Shown piece after piece: positions 61,617 to 64,000 of a stretch of DNA of 64,000 nucleotides (position 1 is its first letter; each line of letters begins with the position of its first letter). Where the stretch lies: the NCBI GenBank assembly GCA_963745035.1, contig CAVUVW010000013.1:1344001-1408000 (forward strand), read 5' to 3'. The stretch is from an uncultured delta proteobacterium (GTDB lineage Bacteria > Desulfobacterota > Binatia > UBA9968). The position numbers and the translations under genes are program-made. The notes beneath the pieces were generated by a model, which worked only from the letters and a program-made list of their open reading frames with translations, ran no database searches and had not been told where the DNA came from.

Positions 61617-62876
61617 TCAATGTCCGCCCAAGCTCGTCACAATTTCAGGAGAGTTTGCCGCCCGCCGCCCGTTCGGTGACGCGAATACCGCGCGCTTGCG
61701 CGGCGGATCGAAAAACGGCAGCTTGACCACGATCGCGTCCGCGGTCTTTCGCTTGTGCTCGACCGTCACTTCGAAATCGACTCGAGTTCCCGATTGAATA
61801 AACTCCTTTTCGATCGTGGCAAGCGCGATGTACTTTTTTAACGTCGGCGACCACGCGCCGGTGGTCGCATGGCCGACTTGGCGATCGTCTTTGTAAACCG
61901 GCACCCCGCCGCGCCATGCAACGAGCGGGAAGTAGGGCGGCAAGCCTACGTTCTGGTAAAGATATTCGTACCCGTCGAGATTGATCTCCAGGCCGACGAC
62001 TTGGCGCGACGGGCCGCCTTTACTAGTGACTGCCATAAGAGCTTCGGCGCCGATGAAGTGTTCCTTTTTTAAGTCCACGGTCCAGCCGAGCCCGATCTCG
62101 AAGGGCGAATAGCGCTGCGAAGCGATCAGTGCCTTCTCCGCGCCGATGTAGTCAACCTCGAGAAGAATGAAGCCCGCTTCCAGGCGCGCGACGTCGAGAG
62201 CGAGAATACCCGCCGGCTTGATGCCAAAGTTCTTGCCTCTTTCCACGAAAACATCCCAAAGCCGTTCTGCATGCTCCCGGCTCACCCAAATCTCATATCC
62301 TAAATCTCCCGTATAACCCGTTCTCGACACAATGACGGGCACATCAGAAATCTTGCACTTCGCCAGACGAAAAAATCGGAGCCCGCCCAAGTCGGCATCG
62401 ACAACGTCCTGGAGAATCCTGAAAGCGTTGGGACCTTGGAGCGCTAGGGCACCGATCTGTTCTGAAACCTCATCGATCGAAACATCCATCCCAACGGCAT
62501 TGAGCTTCAGCCAGCGCAGGCTCGGATCGGCCAAGTTGAGGCGAAAATGATCGTCGGCGAGGCGAAACACGGTCCCGTCTTGAATCACCGCGCCGTCGTC
62601 TTCACAAAGGCAGCCGTAAAGCGCCTGGCCCACGGCGCACTTTGCCGCGTCGCGTGTCATCACCCTGTTGACGAGCTTGAGCGCATCACGACCGCGAATT
62701 TCATATTTGTAAAGCGGCGAGACATCGATCAGCCCGGCCGAGTTTCGGATTGCGTGGTACTCGTAGTCATGCATCACATCGTACGAACCCGCGACAAAAT
62801 AGCCGGACCAGTTCCGCCAGTTCTGGCTTTCGGAAAGCGCCGAGGTCCGCGAATGAAAGGGAGTTCCAACGGGCAT
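61617..62876 (-). CDS. GcvT-family aminomethyltransferase/demethylase
   Basis: LIDVSPLYKY, ALQGP, SRTGYTGDLGYE, RLEAG. Confidence 0.88.
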   Translation of the reverse strand: MPVGTPFHSRTSALSESQNWRNWSGYFVAGSYDVMHDYEYHAIRNSAGLIDVSPLYKYEIRGRDALKLVNRVMTRDAAKCAVGQALYGCLCEDDGAVIQDGTVFRLADDHFRLNLADPSLRWLKLNAVGMDVSIDEVSEQIGALALQGPNAFRILQDVVDADLGGLRFFRLAKCKISDVPVIVSRTGYTGDLGYEIWVSREHAERLWDVFVERGKNFGIKPAGILALDVARLEAGFILLEVDYIGAEKALIASQRYSPFEIGLGWTVDLKKEHFIGAEALMAVTSKGGPSRQVVGLEINLDGYEYLYQNVGLPPYFPLVAWRGGVPVYKDDRQVGHATTGAWSPTLKKYIALATIEKEFIQSGTRVDFEVTVEHKRKTADAIVVKLPFFDPPRKRAVFASPNGRRAANSPEIVTSLGGH

Positions 62877-62882
62877 AAACTA

Positions 62883-62936
62883 TTTTGGATTTTTGATAGT
62901 TCGACCAAGCTCAGTACAAGTTTTGGATTTTGGATT
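62883..62936. repeat. TTTTGGA 7-mer repeats enclosing a TTCGACCAAGCTCAG segment
   Basis: ttttgga-tttttga ... ttttgga-ttttgga-tt. Confidence 0.6.
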
Positions 62937-63009
62937 CACGGAAAAACGCCAATCACGTTGACTTCGCAGATGAAATTACCAAATATGCTCTCTTAAGCAA
63001 ATTCCATCC

Positions 63010-64000
63010 ATGGCCAACTACGATGCGATCATCATTGGCGCCGGCCATAACGGCCTCACCAGCGCCGCCTACCTAGCCAAAGCCGGAAAGAAAGTGCTCG
63101 TGCTCGAACGGCGCCATGTCGTGGGCGGTGCCGCGGTCACGGAGGAAATTTATCCGGGCTTCAAGTACTCGGTTTGCTCTTACGTCGTGAGCCTGCTCCG
63201 GCCCGAGGTGATCCGCGAGCTCGATCTTCCGAAATACGATCTCGAGATCATACCGCTCGACAGCACCTTTACGCCGCTGCCGAACCGCGATTATCTTTTC
63301 CGCTGCGGTGATCATGCGCGCACGCGCCGCGAGATCGCCCGTCATTCGCCGACCGACGCCGAAGCCTACGAGCAATACGGCCAATTGATGGTGCAGATGG
63401 CCATGGCGGTCAAACCGCTGCTCGGCATGATCCCGCCGGAGCCGACGACCTGGAATCCGAAAGATCTTTTTGGTCTCGCTCGAGTCGGCAGCCACTTCCG
63501 CGGTCTCGGGGAGAAGCTTGTCTACGAGCTTACGAAACTCATGACCATGAGCTCTGCCGATTTTCTCGACGAGTGGTTCGAGACCGAGGCGCTCAAGGCA
63601 ACCATGTCGGCAAGCGGCATCATCGGAACATTCATGGGCCCGCGCTCTCCTGGGACCGCCTACGTGCTGCTGCATCATTACATGGGCGAGCTCGACGGCG
63701 CGTTTCGTTCGTGGGGTTTCGCTCGGGGCGGAATGGGCACGATCAGCCGCGTGATCGCCGATGCGGCGCGCGCCCACGGCGCGGAGATTCGAACTCAAGC
63801 TCCAGTCGATCAGGTTTTGATCAAAAACGGCCGAGCCACTGGTGTGGTGCTCAGTTCAGGCGAAGAGATTCAGAGCAAAATCGTCGTTTCCGGCGTCGAT
63901 CCCAAGCGCACATTTTTAAAGATGGTCGATGCCAAACAGCTCGATGCTTCATTCGTCAAGCAGGTGAACGATTTCAAAATTCGCGGTTCCTCGGCCAAGG
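63010..64000 (+). CDS. Phytoene-desaturase-like FAD-dependent oxidoreductase (partial, runs off the window)
   Basis: MANYDAIIIGAGHNGL...LERRHVVGGAAVTEE; absent from the ORF track because no stop codon falls inside the window. Confidence 0.88.
   Translation, partial: MANYDAIIIGAGHNGLTSAAYLAKAGKKVLVLERRHVVGGAAVTEEIYPGFKYSVCSYVVSLLRPEVIRELDLPKYDLEIIPLDSTFTPLPNRDYLFRCGDHARTRREIARHSPTDAEAYEQYGQLMVQMAMAVKPLLGMIPPEPTTWNPKDLFGLARVGSHFRGLGEKLVYELTKLMTMSSADFLDEWFETEALKATMSASGIIGTFMGPRSPGTAYVLLHHYMGELDGAFRSWGFARGGMGTISRVIADAARAHGAEIRTQAPVDQVLIKNGRATGVVLSSGEEIQSKIVVSGVDPKRTFLKMVDAKQLDASFVKQVNDFKIRGSSAK

Overview
A GC-rich bacterial chromosome segment. The gene content (many orphan NMT1/SsuA-type binding proteins, Rieske/TPP catabolic enzymes, sigma54 systems) suggests a Deltaproteobacteria-like lineage, plausibly Ca. 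Binatia; this is inference. At least 15 genes are broken by single-base frameshifts, most likely long-read indel errors. In order, the window holds: an aromatic/amide catabolic cluster (1-9.4 kb); a ~5.3 kb AT-richer general-stress islet (BON, general stress protein, ferritin-like, katE, 26-aa membrane peptide, CsbD) bracketed by a ~118-bp duplication of the TPP enzyme gene's 3' end; a stressosome operon rsbR-S-T-X plus two hybrid kinases behind a perfect SigB-type promoter; terC with a possible leader peptide; a ferredoxin/Zn-ribbon fusion; OmpA; a QseE/G/F-like sigma54 system; rmuC, aguBA and mazG; a sigma54-controlled AurF-like diiron + DsrE-like pair; a housekeeping block (ssb, plsC, rnj, ftsK, lolA, rimO, dksA); four paralogous small exported proteins flanking a NarL-type two-component system next to a Cys-rich porin, linked by a shared DNA motif; hisF; and a GcvT-like gene and an FAD oxidoreductase. 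No rRNA, tRNA, CRISPR array, transposase or integrase was seen.
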